Shown here in pieces: positions 14,371-28,796 of a DNA stretch of 64,000 bases. The notes beneath the pieces are model-generated. The model had not been told where the DNA came from and ran no database searches. It worked only from the letters and a program-made list of their open reading frames with translations. Position numbers and translations under genes: made by a program. The DNA comes from Eledone cirrhosa (lineage: Eukaryota), in assembly GCA_964016885.1 (NCBI GenBank), contig OZ024740.1, forward strand, positions 352,470,001-352,534,000. The letters run 5' to 3'. Position 1 is the stretch's first letter; every line of letters begins with the position of its first letter.

Positions 14371-14962
14371 GTAAGCAAAATGATAGACAATATTACTTTC
14401 TATTTTAATCAAATGGCAATGTGTGTTCTCTTGGGTGCACAGAGTCAACTAGCAAGATTACAAGTTAGCTGAGAATGTAATTGAGCATTAAAAGCAACAA
14501 CCAAGCTATGCAGAAGCTGAATATTTGATGTAAGTGGATGAAAATTCTTGCTTGTAAAAGTGCTATGGGCTGTGGAGCAGGGAAGTAAATGGAGCTGAAG
14601 CATACAAGTGAAAGGTTTGTGAGTTCAATGGCAATATGCTGTAATGTAAACCCATCCAACCAATGCCAGGGTGAAGTAAAAGAAGTAATAGTAAATGAGA
14701 ATTCTGATGTTCAAACCATGCTACAGATATTGTCTTGAATTTTTGTGTAAATTACTTTCCTATCCAATCTATCCAACTATATAGATATCAGATTTTTTTT
14801 CTTTTTCTGTCATGGTAGAAGTATTTTCTAGAAGATACTTCCAATGTCTGAAGCTTACCCAATTTATATAAACATAAAAATTCTCTATATTTTCTCCTGT
14901 TATTTGTGGTTATTGGATTCTAATTGATAAATTATTTAAATATATTTGCTGCTATTACAAAG

Positions 14963-15800
14963 ATCATCATCATCATCAAGTTCCTGCAACTGGTGCAGTC
15001 AGTTGTTGGAGCACCACTCTAGATGCTTTCACAGTCAGCCATTGCCACATGTCTCTAGTCTCTGTTATGCATAGAAGGATTGCAGTCTTGTGTCTAATCT
15101 TTGATGTTGTCACACCAGGGTTTTCTTTGTCTCCTTCTTGTTTCCCCTCCAACTGTGCTCTGAAGGATGGTCTTAGACAGTGAGTTGTGGCGGAATGCAT
15201 GACCACCCTAGGCAAGCTTCTGTCTTTTATACCATCACAAGGAGTGATTCCTGTCTGCCAGAATACTTATTAACTTGCTGCCTGACAAAACTGTTCGTTT
15301 TGTGCTCTGCTCTGTGTACAGGATTTGTAGCAAACTTCTAAAGTTGGAATGCTTGGATTCTTTGTTTCATATCAACTGTAAGAGTCCGTCCAGCTCTCAC
15401 ACTCATGCAGAAGGAACAAAGTCATTAAGGACTTCAATTTAAGCTTCATTGGAAAACTAATGGAGTTTCTTTCTATATTATGTTTAGCTTCCTCATGGCA
15501 GAAAAGTCCAGGCTGTGTCTTATCATTATCTCCTTTTGAGATCTGCCATCTTTGGTCAGAGTGGATCTGAGGTATTTGAAGATGTCCACTTGTTCAAGTT
15601 TTTTTTGTTCAACATGATGTTGGCTGCTATATTCTGGTTATGACTATAAACCAGAATCTTGCTTTTTTTATGGGCTGATCTTTATTCCGTTTGCTCTTGA
15701 CACTTTTTCCAGTCTGGTGGTGAGCTCCTGGAGTTTTTCTCTATCATATCAGGTCAATATCATCAGTAAAGTGCAGATTGGAAATGGGTCATCCTCCAAT
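14963..15800 (-). mobile_element. Old, heavily decayed RTE-like LINE 3' portion
   Basis: A (cat)n tail at the left end and degenerate RT C-terminal-like coding sequence on the minus strand (FKYLRS-like motif near 15570). Confidence 0.5.
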
Positions 15801-16290
15801 GGAAACATGTGGAAGTTCTGGAATTCTTATATATTAAGTTATATACATAATTTCATAAGCAAATGGATTGCTATCAGGGTTTTATTATGTAACAAAAGAT
15901 TATTCCTATTTTTACTAATATATTTGAAATGCATAATACTCAAAACTTCACAACAGTTACAACTTTTGTAGAATTATGCTGGTGTGAAAAACGCCATTTA
16001 ATGCAATGATATCCAAACATATTCTCAATACCCACCTTTAGATCTACATTTCATTCCCATCCATCCTTACTTTATGGCTGTATTCAGAGCAGGCTAAACC
16101 AGCTATGGTAGATGCTAACGATGACATTTCAAATAGGCTTTTTAACTTTTTACTTGGTATATTGTTTCAATTACTTATTTATTTATTATGCATCTTTTTT
16201 AGAAATAATCTATTTATCTAATTTATTATATGCAACGTTACATCTACATTATCGTTACATGTTTTTACATATGTTTCCATTGTTTTCTAG

Positions 16291-16516
16291 GCTATTGGCC
16301 CATTTGAAGTATTCAGCAAATGTCCTACACTAAAATTTTCTCTAAACTGGACACAACACAGTAATAGCAACATCAATGTCTGCAACACGTGTGCCAACAG
16401 TCAGAATAGAGTTGTAAAAGATCCTTGTTTGGAAAACACTCTTACTCCACATGAATTCCATAACAACTACAATCACCATTATCATCCTAACCATGTGATA
16501 CATTATGATGACTCAG
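16291..16516 (+). CDS. SUZ12: SUZ12 exon (AIGPFEVFSKCPTLKFSLNW plus His/Asn-rich linker)
   Basis: tag|...|gttagt, phase 0 to 1. It matches PFETFSQGPTLQFTLRW. Confidence 0.9.
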
Positions 16517-17482
16517 GTTAGTAAATAAAAAGAATTGTACTCTTTTAGTCCCGTATTTTTTTTTGTCCAAAAAGGATAAGTCAGTTTAGTTGAGCATATA
16601 ATTTTTTATGAAATATACTACATGGGGAATTGAACTCAGCAACCAGTTGCCAAACCTCACAAAAGGTTGCCAATTTTACAGTGTTTCTGCCTATTTGTGG
16701 AAAGTTGGGCTGAATCATTAAGAGTAAAATGTATATGGCAATTCATTTGGCGCAGTGTCAATGATGCCATACAATATGTCTACTCTCCAGGTGTTTAATA
16801 CAGAACTCTAAGAACTTAACTATGACTTGCTGCAATTTTAATTTACAGCAATATGCAAATGTGTCTGATAAACTCAATGCTTAACTTCAATTTATTGCAT
16901 TAAATAGATGAGAAATGTATTTATTTATTAATAGAACACGTTTCAAGCAACATTCCCACATCTCCCAACATCACATCAAAATTAGACATATTACATCATT
17001 TGATATTTTAGTATGTGTCTGCATTTTATGATGTAGAGTTTCTATCAAATATGTGGTATTTGCTATTATAGAAACAAAATGCAATAACGACCAAATGTCA
17101 AAATGCAATAACGACCAAATGTGCATTTCAAAAGTTTTACTTCCCTTAGTGTGTATTACTAACAAAAATATATGTTTTCAAGAGTAAACACCTTTCTTTG
17201 TGTAATTTTTTTTGTTGTATAAATAATTGTTTCTACTTTAGGCACGTATAAATAATAATAATAATAATACAGATATCCTAGATTTTCTTCATGTCCAGAA
17301 TTGATACATTTAAATGGAAATGTCTTAAAAACATATGTATAGTTGTGTTTGGTTCTTGAGTGGACATATCAATTTTATTTGCTGCTAACGAAGTCCTTAG
17401 ATACCTTTTGCTCAAGGTAATCTGAAGCAAGTACTGCATGGTAAAAATAAAAATTTGAATATTGCCTTCCAATGTTTTCTAA

Positions 17483-17776
<294 letters not shown>

Positions 17777-18435
17777 TAAGCAGACTTAACTGTATTTTCT
17801 TTTATTCTAATTGTCATAGTTTCAAACTTCAATGCAGCCCTTGTATAATGCCTCTATATAAAACTCACAAACCTGCTTGCTTTTGTGAAAGGGTAGGGCT
17901 TTTAATTCAAGTTTGTTTTTTTCTCTCCAAATTATTTTATTTGATAAAATAGTTTCCATAAACTAAAATGGGGGTTAGGAAATGAATCAAAATAAAATTA
18001 AAAAAAAAAATCGAAACTCAAACGACAATTTAATATTGAATATACATTAACGAACAGCTACTACCCAAAATGCTGCCCCATTCATTTAGTCATTGTCTTA
18101 ATACCATGCTAAGAATTTCTTGATGTGATAACATAATGAATGAAGAAGTTGTTGAAAGGGCTAAGCAGAGTAGCATATGGGATACCATTGCTGCAAGATA
18201 GTGGCAAGTGCTTGGCCACAAGTAGACCAATGTGCACCTCTCTCAAGTAGAAGCCAGAAGTGGTGACAGGAGGTGTGGTAGAACTATCAAGGACTGGTAG
18301 AAATGGACCTGGCCTGAGAGCAGGCTTGTAACAGGTTTGTGACTGCTGGAAGCAGGAACTAAACTAAAAGCTTCCAAGAAATTTTTTTTTTCTTGCTCAT
18401 TAAAGTATTTAAATACTTTCTCAAGCATTCAATAA

Positions 18436-18612
<177 letters not shown>

Positions 18613-19388
18613 TGAGGAGCATTTTTTTTTTTTATTATTATTTTTTTTTTACTAAGTATATTTTTAAAATATACTAGGAGAAACATTGCCCTCTACGTAG
18701 TGTTTCTATATATATAGTGCATGTAGGGTTGCATGATTTGAATTCTTAGCATTGTTGATTGTAATTCAGCAATTTCAACCTCATACAAAAATTTTTTTTT
18801 TACTCTCTAAGTGTGTTGTTATTAATATCACAAGTTTGACCTGGTTTCAATTTCTTAGAATTTCTTTGTAACCATACATATACTTAGTCCTTAAAATATT
18901 TTGACTAGTACTGAAGACAAAAATAGATAACATTGATTCTACTCAAAGTAATATGTAATAAATAAAACTTTATTTTGTTTTGCAAGGAACCTGATTATAA
19001 ATTATTCATTGAAAACCATAATTTTGCATTTATTTCATCATATCGGTATTAAATAGCTGTTCTGTGTAAACGGGTCTTGCATCTCAGCAGTTAGACATGC
19101 AAAAATCTATACCCTAAAAAAAAGAGAAAATTTGAGGGTGGACATCAGAAAAGACATCCAGCAATAATATTCAGCCTCAAAATGACTCAAACCCAACTCA
19201 TTCCAGCATGGAGGAAAAAAGTTCAGATGTAATACTAAAGATGATGGTGCACGCACACACACAATAAATATTTTTTCGTGAAAACAGAAGTAGCCACTGT
19301 CGAATAGAAAGTACTCCTTACACAACATCTGTCAAATGAGAGTATTGACATTTACAGGATCTGTATGTATTTATATTTTTCTCTCCAG

Positions 19389-19478
19389 ACCAAAACGCCC
19401 TGATCCTTTATTATCAGAATTTATGGAACCAGAAACAGATAACCAAATCAACCGACAGTTTATTCAGGGACACAATCG
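19389..19478 (+). CDS. SUZ12: SUZ12 exon (RPKRPDPLLSEFME...QGHNR)
   Basis: cag|...|gtaagt, phase 2 to 2. It leads into the VEFS box. Confidence 0.93.
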
Positions 19479-20359
19479 GTAAGTTTTTTTGTTTTTTTTT
19501 TTCCATTTATCACTTGTGTATGTGAATTTCTCTTTCCTTATTCACTCTCTCTAAATGTATATATATATACACGCACACACACACATACGCAAAAACATTG
19601 TCAATTGAATCTGTGTCCATATTTCTTAATGTTGCAATTATTTTGGTAAATATAAACATAATTGCGACTTTGAATGGCAAAGAGTGGAAGAACTATGCAA
19701 AGAATGCAATGGCGAAACTTGGAGAGTTAAAAAAACTACCTGTTTTTGTATTGCATTATGTGAAGAATAGTGTTCTTAATTTACAGATTTCCAACAAGCC
19801 GTTCACTTGATATGGATGTATTGTTGGCGGACGTATGATGATGATGATACACACGCACACACACACACACACACACATGGTTAAATATTTATACAATAGC
19901 TTTCCATACAGTTTATGTTTATCATAATATTTGGTGTCCCTGAGGCTAGGTGAGAAGACATATGTCCAAGGTACTGCTCAGTGGAGTCAAACCTCGAATC
20001 ACATCGTTGCGAAATAGCCATCTTAACCACACATCCATTTCTACATTCATCTTTAGATGAATTGTTTTGAATTTGGCAGCACTAGTTGTCTATTGCAGGT
20101 AATATTTCCAGATAATCTAGTGGTCATTCTTCTACAGCTGGGTATACTGATGTATGTAGAATTGTTACACTTAATCCTGTATTCTACTGTTTCTGCTATT
20201 CCACTACCATCTTCTGATAAATAAATGTTCAAAATTGGTGAAATATTTACCAACATTTGGAATAACTTCTCATGGTGCATGTCTTTAGTTATTTCACAGG
20301 TAAGTGTTTACAGTTCCTATATAAATGTATAGATGCTTCGTTTATACAAGTTTATAAAT

Positions 20360-20483
20360 CAGGTATGGGCAATCTTTTTTTTAAGCAGTGGGCTACATGA
20401 GATATGGCTCATTATAAGGATGGTTGCACTACTAAAACATTCAAAGTAATATTGAAATTAGGGATCTAGTTTGCCCATGATTG
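20360..20483. mobile_element. hAT-type MITE
   Basis: TIRs caggtatgggcaa / ttgcccatgattg with an 8-bp TSD ttataaat/ttataaac (7 of 8 match). Confidence 0.65.
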
Positions 20484-20684
20484 TTATAAACAATGCATAG
20501 TCAATTTTGAAATTAACAATTGCTTGTTAATTTTGTTAAATTAGAAATTTGTATTGTTTCTATTATGTGTAGTGTCTTTTATCAGAGCTTTAGGTTGACT
20601 GAAGTTGTGTGAGTGAAATTGAGTAGATGGAAAATTATTGGATCTACGTAAGAGGTGTAAATCCCATGTATGTATGTGTGTGTG

Positions 20685-20732
<48 letters not shown>

Positions 20733-23044
20733 ATTAAAAGGCGAGGCTTATTGAATAGAATGGACACAGCTTCGGTTGTTTCCTCAGTCACTCAATTATC
20801 TAATTAAGTCCATATTAAAATTCGAACCCAACCAATTAGAGTGTACACATAGGTTAATCAGCAAGAAAAATGACTTCGTGTGGGTAGGAAAATTGAGATT
20901 CCTGGACAAATTCACTATTTTCTATATTCCGTTTTACTGGCGGTGGTCCAAGGGGAGCTACCATGTGCAGAAAGTAGTTAATGTTATTGTGTATTACATA
21001 ATTTGGCTGTGAACCGCATCGTCAGCAGAAGTTTGTCTCCCTGTAATGGAAAGTTTTGTATAGCGTGCTAGTACATTACATTGCTGGACAGAAGTGAATG
21101 TAGTTGTAGTAGTTGTAGTAGTTGTCAACTTTTAGTGACATGTGACGTTATATCAAAGAAAAGATAGAACAGAAGTTGGCATTGATTCATTTATATATAC
21201 TTAGTTACTTTTGAGACTAGAAAAAGAAAATAATTGGATAAATTTGATTTAGTAAATCTTCAGTTTGAAAATATTGGATAGGTGGAAGTTTCAAGTGGTT
21301 GCAATTTTCAGGAAAAAAGTGTGAGGCTGGAATTATATGAGAAGATGCATTTATACAGTCATTTAGAGTGTTAATATGCCTATAAGGCAGAGAATCTGCT
21401 TTTTTTAAATACAGAAATGAAACTTGAAACTAGTTAAATTTTAGTTCATTCCAGTATTAACCTTTTTGTTGCCATATTTCTAATAAAGGCTCTGTCTATG
21501 ATTTACAAATAATTTTGAAAATAATAATTTGGAGGGATTTAGTAGTCCTTAGGCTATGGGTGTTGTCAGAATACAAAGTGCTGGATTCGAGCAGTCCAAC
21601 TTTTACTAGAAATATTTACCCTTTCATTACCATATTTCTAATGAAAGACACTATTTAACATTTTGAAATTATTTTTGAAAATAATTAAGAATTTAGAGGG
21701 ATTTAGTAATGTCACTAACTTCCTCAATATTAAGTTGATTTTGGGAGCATAACTTAACAAAAGTTTTAAAGTTGAATTATGATGGAAGTGTTTTTGGATA
21801 AATACAAGCACTTGGATACAAATAGTTCTGTGTCATAGAATCAGGGGTTGTGTTGAGCAGTTTGGAATCAAAAAGGTTAAAGATGGTGAAAATATCTTAA
21901 AACCAATAATTTTGTTTAGTTAGATTATCTCTCACTATAATTAATTAATGATGAGCGTCTTTTGACACTGTAAATAGAAAGAAAGAAAAAAAAATGTTAA
22001 TCATTTTTAATTAATTTACTTCAGAACCATTAAAGATTCTGAAGTTAAAAATAGTTTCAAAGTTTACATGATATTTTTTACATATATTCTTTTATTAGCC
22101 AGTTGGTCTTTCAGTAGCTTTAATATAGCTAACTGTTTCTTTTTCTTTTTATTGTCCCACCCTTGCAAGCAGGGAAAAGCGGACGTAAAATGATGATGAT
22201 GAATATACCTGACCATTTATATTGATATTGTGGATGCAGGAATGGCTGAGCAATTAAGATGTTCACTTTACAATCATGAGACCCCCAGCTTCAATTCCAT
22301 TGTGTGGTATCTTGGACAAGTGTCTTTTACCATAGCCTTTCATCAAATTGGGTTGACAGAAGCTGTGGAAGCTCATCGAATGGGCTGTAACTATAGTTCC
22401 AAGGTCCAGCCTTGTGACATATTGTGTCACATTTGATTTCACTTGAGAATTACATTAGGATAGGCATGTCTGGAATATTGTCACATAGACTTTAATTTAA
22501 CAAAGAGAAAGTTTGACTGATCAATTCACTATCAAAACTGATGAAAGATCTGTCATCTTGATTTTAAAAGAAAATTAAACATAGCAGTTATAACTATACA
22601 ATACACGGTTTCTTTCTTCCCTACTTTATCTTTCTCTTCTTCTGTGTGTCTGACATCATGTCTACCTCATATACATTTAGTATTATGAAAAGATTAGCAT
22701 TTTGTATAGTCATATAGTTGTCTGCTTAGTCATGTATTTATCATGGTATCTGTGATGACTATTTTTCAGTTAGTGGTGATTGTTTACAACAGATTTCTTT
22801 GAAGAAAATTATTAGTAGTTGATTAGATATTAGATACTTAGTTTTTTCCTTTAAAAAAAAAAAATGGAGATAGGTTTATTGAATTGAAATGCTGTAGAAA
22901 TAATTTGAGTTTTCTATATCCTCCTTTTCAGAACTTTTTCCACTTCTGTATTTCTCTCTCTCTTTTTTTTCCTTCTTATTTGATGATAACCAAAATTAAA
23001 CTGCTTCTCATGAAACATTTTGAAAGTATAATGTAAAAAAGATA

Positions 23045-23340
23045 CAGTGAAATCTCGGTTCATGAACGCCTCTCATCACAAACAATTTTTCCAAACATAA
23101 AATGTCTGTTCACAAATGATGTCTCGAGTAACAAACACACAAGCCAGCAACAAGCTTGGAGTATCAGCGGAAAGCATCCCTTGCTGTGTAGCTAGTTACT
23201 TTTATGATATTTGTCTGTCTTCCACACACAATCTCTCTCTTTCAACATTTCGTATGGGAAACACAGTTTTGGTTTACAAACATTTTGGGTGATGAATGGC
23301 CTTCAGGGATGATTTAAATCTGTGAACCAAGGTTCCACTG
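23045..23340. mobile_element. pogo/Tigger-like MITE
   Basis: Left end ta|cagtgaaatctcggttca; right end tgaaccaaggttccactg. Confidence 0.65.
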
Positions 23341-24945
23341 CGTTTTGAAAATTCTGTCTCTGATATTGTCATCCTAGTAGGGAATAATATGCATTTTAAA
23401 ATTATTTATTTGCAAATTGTATCCAAAGAATTTGCACCAAAGTTCTTTTCAAACACAAAATCATTTTCATATTAGCTTATAATTTTGGTATTTCTGTATG
23501 GATTTTATATTTTCATAAACGAATATCAAAGCATAAACTTTCATAGATAATGATCTCTGGAAATTAAGATCTTTCTGAACCTTTCACAGTTATCTAATAC
23601 CTGCTTCTCTTATTCCATGAAGCAGTTCATAATTTTGACCATATCTACTTTTGTAGGAATTGTGAAAAATGAACTGAAAAATTCCAATGTGATTCCCTAA
23701 TAAACTACTGGACTTTTGCTGGTCCACTGTGTACATGGAAAACTGAATTTGATCCTCAAGTGGACAATTACAGATACGTTTTCCTCTTAATTCATGTACA
23801 TGCTACTTAATTTCTATTTATTTGAAACACTTATGTACTATTTTCTATACATACAATGTGATCTGTCAGTCAGTCATAGCATATTGCTGCCTCTGCTAAA
23901 TACGAACACTAAATATTGAATAGTCTTTACTTTAGATATTGTCATATCTGCTGCAGTGTATGTTTATTTGTAATTGAATACTTTTAGAAAATTTGTTATC
24001 AGCTTAAATGTTCCTTATTTCTGTATATCTTTTATTGAAAAAAGCAAAGACAAATTATAAGTCTGAATACATTGGATTAGATTTGATATAACACTTATGT
24101 TCTTTTATTTCACTCTTGCCGTGGTGGATGAGAGAAATAAGTGCCAAATTTCTGAGCAATGAAACTAGGTTCAGTTGCTTAGTATTTCTTAGTAGTTTGG
24201 TATTGGGTTGCTTTCTCCTGCCTATATTCACTCTACTCTTGTTCTGGAAAGAAGCTTACATTTCATACTCTATTGTAGCATGTATCGCGTATGATTTATC
24301 TTTCTTCATTAATCATAGTAATCCTTCACTTAACACTAACATCTAAACTATAATAAAGGAAGGTCTGCGGGACTGCGTACGTTTTTTTTTTTTTTTATCC
24401 CGTTAGTAAAATAAGTTGGATTACTTTGAATAAATAATGAACGAATATTACATAATTTATCTACTAAATTTCGTAAACAAAAATAATTTTAAATTGACTT
24501 CTTTTCAAAGTTGCACTTCCGGTATATCGTTGCCACCACCACCACTTCAACTACCATATATATAGAAAGAGAGAGTGTGTGATGTCAACACGTCTGGTGG
24601 CGATCACTTAAATAAACATACTAATTTTCTGTCACTAATTTTCTCCTAATGCAGTTTATATATAATATCGTCTTTTTTTAATGTATCATGGATTACGTTA
24701 CTGATTACATAAGACAGTGTAACAACGTCTTCATTCAATTTCTGTTTATATTGTCAATTACGATTTTATTTGATGTATCATATCTACATGTATATATACT
24801 TGCGTATAATATCAATATACACACTACACATGCTAGCAGAAAACCACCCAAGGGATGGTTTTTCTGCTAGTGGCTATAATTCTGAAGGTAACTTGCTTGA
24901 ACAGTGTTCAATTTATGATTTGATTACTAATTACTTTATTTTTAA

Positions 24946-25158
<213 letters not shown>

Positions 25159-25414
25159 TAATTCAACTTTCTACACAAAGGCTATGATTTAGTATAATTT
25201 TTTTTTTCTTCAACTCCATCAGATCCTTTATAATGATATGAAACAAATCTTAGACTTCTTTACTGTTAATATTTTTACATGGTCAAGTCCTGTGACATGC
25301 CTCTACCTTAACTGGAAAGAGCATCCAGCAATAAAATTTGCTTGTTAAAACAATTTTCAAAATTACTTCGGAAAATGGAATGTGAAACAAAATGCATAAA
25401 CATTTTTTTTTTTT

Positions 25415-25452
<38 letters not shown>

Positions 25453-25552
25453 CGTAGTGGTGGTGCTGGTGGTTGGGGTGCCAGTGATCATAGTAGCTGT
25501 GTAATTAAGTTCGTTATGGTTGTATTGATTACCGCCCATCTTTTTTCTTTAG

Positions 25553-25632
25553 ATGATTGATGAGTTCACAGATGTAAACGAGGGTGAAAAAGAATTAATG
25601 AAGCTGTGGAATTTGCACATTATGAAAAACAA
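25553..25632 (+). CDS. SUZ12: SUZ12 VEFS exon (MIDEFTDVNEGEKELMKLWNLHIMK)
   Basis: tag|...|gtaagc, phase 0 to 2. It carries the EF.DVNEGEK..MKLWN motif. Confidence 0.97.
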
Positions 25633-26529
25633 GTAAGCAAATAGTTGATCCTGTATCAACTCAGTCCCTTTATTTTTACTGTATTTGTAAGGTGCATCCT
25701 AATGCCTATAACCTGAACTTCAGGAGTGTGTGCTTGCATGGGTGTGGTAGATTTGTGATGGGTATTCAACAAACTGAGCCCGTGGTTGTTTCAATTTCTG
25801 GTCGGAGTTATCGTGCTTGTTTTGCACCTTACATGCAAGTTCATCTATAATCCATATCCATCATCTAAAGAAAAATATTGTTATATTAAACCTGATATAC
25901 TACTCAAAAATAATATTTTTCTGGTATCCCGACCATAATATGGACTGATATATTTTCATCTTCACAACTATTTTAGATAGTTTGTCATTTAAAATACCAG
26001 CACACTTAATGTTTTCTAGACTACATAGTATTCAAAATAAAAATATATTTCATTCATTACTAAGTTAAATTTGTTGGAATTATGTATTGTTTACCAAATA
26101 GAAATATTTTCTTACCTAATATACAGAATTCAAAGAACTGATATAAACATTTTTCATATTTATATTTTGTAATATGAAATATTAGAAAACACATATACTT
26201 GAGAAAGATTGGTATCTGGCTGTAGCTAGGAGAGTAGTGAGAGGGAAAGCAGATTACAGGGTAAAATAGAGGAGCTTGTCATGGCAACTACATGGCTAAA
26301 TGGAAAACTATGTTTATAAACACTGAATCTTTTACAATATTAGTATACACTTTCTTAGTGGCAAAAATGAAAACCTAGATTTGACCACATTTGGTATGAT
26401 TTTTATTACAGTCATATTTTGCAGAGGACATCACAATTTGAGAGCAACAGTAGTAATGTGAATCCAGTAGATCTAGTTAAAATTTTCATTTTAAAATATA
26501 CCGATCTACTGTAATATGTATTTTTGAAA

Positions 26530-26715
26530 ATTATTGTGTACAGTGCTCAAGTGCACTACAACTCATCAAAGGTGCATGTATAGTATATAGAATAATGTAC
26601 AAATGTCAGGAAAGTGAACTGTATGTATCATGATATACACAGATACATGTTTGTGTATGTGGAGGGGGAATATCAGGTGTAATGATGGCGAATTTCGAGA
26701 AGCATGAAAGTTTTT
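26530..26715 (-). mobile_element. CR1-type LINE 3'-end fragment
   Basis: Homologous to the 3' UTR at 37556-37850. Confidence 0.7.
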
Positions 26716-27235
26716 CTGTTGTAAACCAGTGTTCTCTCCGGGGAAGATTTTTCTCTCAACCACTTAGTGTCGTAATAGCCACAGCTAAAATTTAGCAAAT
26801 ACTATAAATTAATTCAAACATTGATTAATTTCATAATAAATATTTGAATAATTGGAATCCCTTAAGAATTCATCTCTACATATTTATTATTTGTTAATCA
26901 GTCAAGTTCCCAAGTAGTGCCACTCAAGATGTTTCATTGTGTGTCTATCATGGCATTTAATGAGCCTTATAAATACTTGGTGGTTCTCCTCTCCTCATCA
27001 GTTACAGCATGCTTTTATCCTTCACATGGTCAATGAAATTATTATTATTATATTTTTGTAAAGTCAGAATATGAAAATAGTAATCATCACTAAATGTAAT
27101 TGATTGATTCATTTTAATAATCATATGCTAAATTATTTTCCATTTTATGTAAAGTACGCCATTCCCCAGCTCTATTATTGTTCCTGTTTGCCGCATTGTA
27201 TCTGGGTAACCTGCATGGTATTATTTATTTATAAA

Positions 27236-27430
27236 GGCGGTGGTAGATTGGCAGTATCGGTAGAGGGTCAGACGCCATGCTTTCCAGCATAGTTACGTCC
27301 CTTTACGTTCTGAGTTCAAATCCTGCCGAGGTTAACTTTGCCTTTCATCCTTAAAGGGGCGATAAAATAAAGTACCAGTAATATACTGGGTAATTGCTGG
27401 CCTTGTGCCAAAAGTGGAAACATTTATTTA
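27236..27430 (+). mobile_element. tRNA-derived MetaSINE-like SINE
   Basis: A and B boxes plus gcctttcatcc...gataaaataaagtaccag, collinear with the copy at 2518. Confidence 0.8.
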
Positions 27431-28108
27431 TACATTTTATTATAAACGTGCATTTTTTTTTTTTTTTTTTTTAACTTCAGAAATTTATATATTTTGTGTT
27501 TATTTTCTTTATCTGAGTTACAAAGCAGTTATTTTTAATAGATGATTGTCAGATCAAGTTAGAAGTAATGGGATAATAACATTTGAATTACTATAAATAT
27601 GGCAATTAGTAAATTAAACTAAATATATAGCTGGCATTTGTCTCTTTTAATTAAAATAATTAATCAACTAGTTTTCTGAATTTTCGAAATTTCTAATCAA
27701 CACACATATACTTGTTAAACTAATTATTAACAATAGAATATTTTTGTGTTTTGCTAGTTCTCATCTACTTCTGATTTTAAACCTATTTTCATGCTGTTTT
27801 AGTCATATATTATCATCATTTGTCTGCTTTCCAATGCTGGCATGAGTTTGACACAGTCCTTTCTCAGAAAGAAATCTCATTTTGTTGAATATCTCAATAT
27901 TTTGGGCATATTTCTTTTTACAGCTGGATGCCTTTCCTACCACAAACCAATTTTCATTTTTTAACTATACATTATGAATAACATGAGATATATAGATGAA
28001 ATTTTGACTTTCAGCACTTGTTTGTGAAATAGTACGAGTAATTTTGCACAGAAACCTTTTATCATTTATAATTTTTACTATCCATGCTCCATTATTTTTT
28101 TTTTATTT

Positions 28109-28144
<36 letters not shown>

Positions 28145-28168
28145 GTTTTTATTTATTTTTTTTTTTAG

Positions 28169-28207
28169 GAGAAGAGGCAAGGAAAACGGAGCTTATTCAT
28201 CGAATAG
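28169..28207 (+). CDS. Candidate 39-nt cassette micro-exon of SUZ12 (K-RRGKENGAYSSN-S)
   Basis: A long poly-T tract plus AG, then AG|gtaaaa. It is phase 2 to 2 like the host intron and has no stop codon. Confidence 0.45.
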   Translation, partial: EKRQGKRSLFIE

Positions 28208-28796
28208 GTAAAAGAAAAATTCATATAAGTATTTTTAAGTGTTCAAACGAAGTAGAGAGTTGCCAAGATTTTATCTCCCACTTCACAAGTTATGTTTTTG
28301 TGCTAATGTGCTTGTGATGAGTGGAACTGTCAATCAATACATATATTGTTTTACTATTTTACCATTCACATGGTACACTGCTCACATTTGCTCTCCTCCA
28401 CAGAGAGAGAGAGAGAGAGAGTTGTTTTAGCTCTAACATTGTCAGATTAATGGTAAATCTGTCTGAGAAAGTTTCATAACCTTACTTTTGTTCCTTGTCT
28501 GCTAGAGGTATCCAATTAGAAACATGACTTTGATCCTAACTATTTAAAATTATTTGAAAATTCTAGAAGTATTGTGCAAAAAATATTACAGTTTAGCTGA
28601 TATAATGATTAAACTCTGTCGTTAGCTCTCTCTAAGAAACATAAATGAAGTAGAGCCTTACTACTTAAATCACTAAATAACTTTTTTTTTTGTGAGGGAG
28701 GAGGATATCTTGTAGGATTCAGATTTAAAAATTTTAACCTTTACATGCTTGAGATTTTGTATTTTTTCTATGACCCATGCTTGATGCTAAAATACT

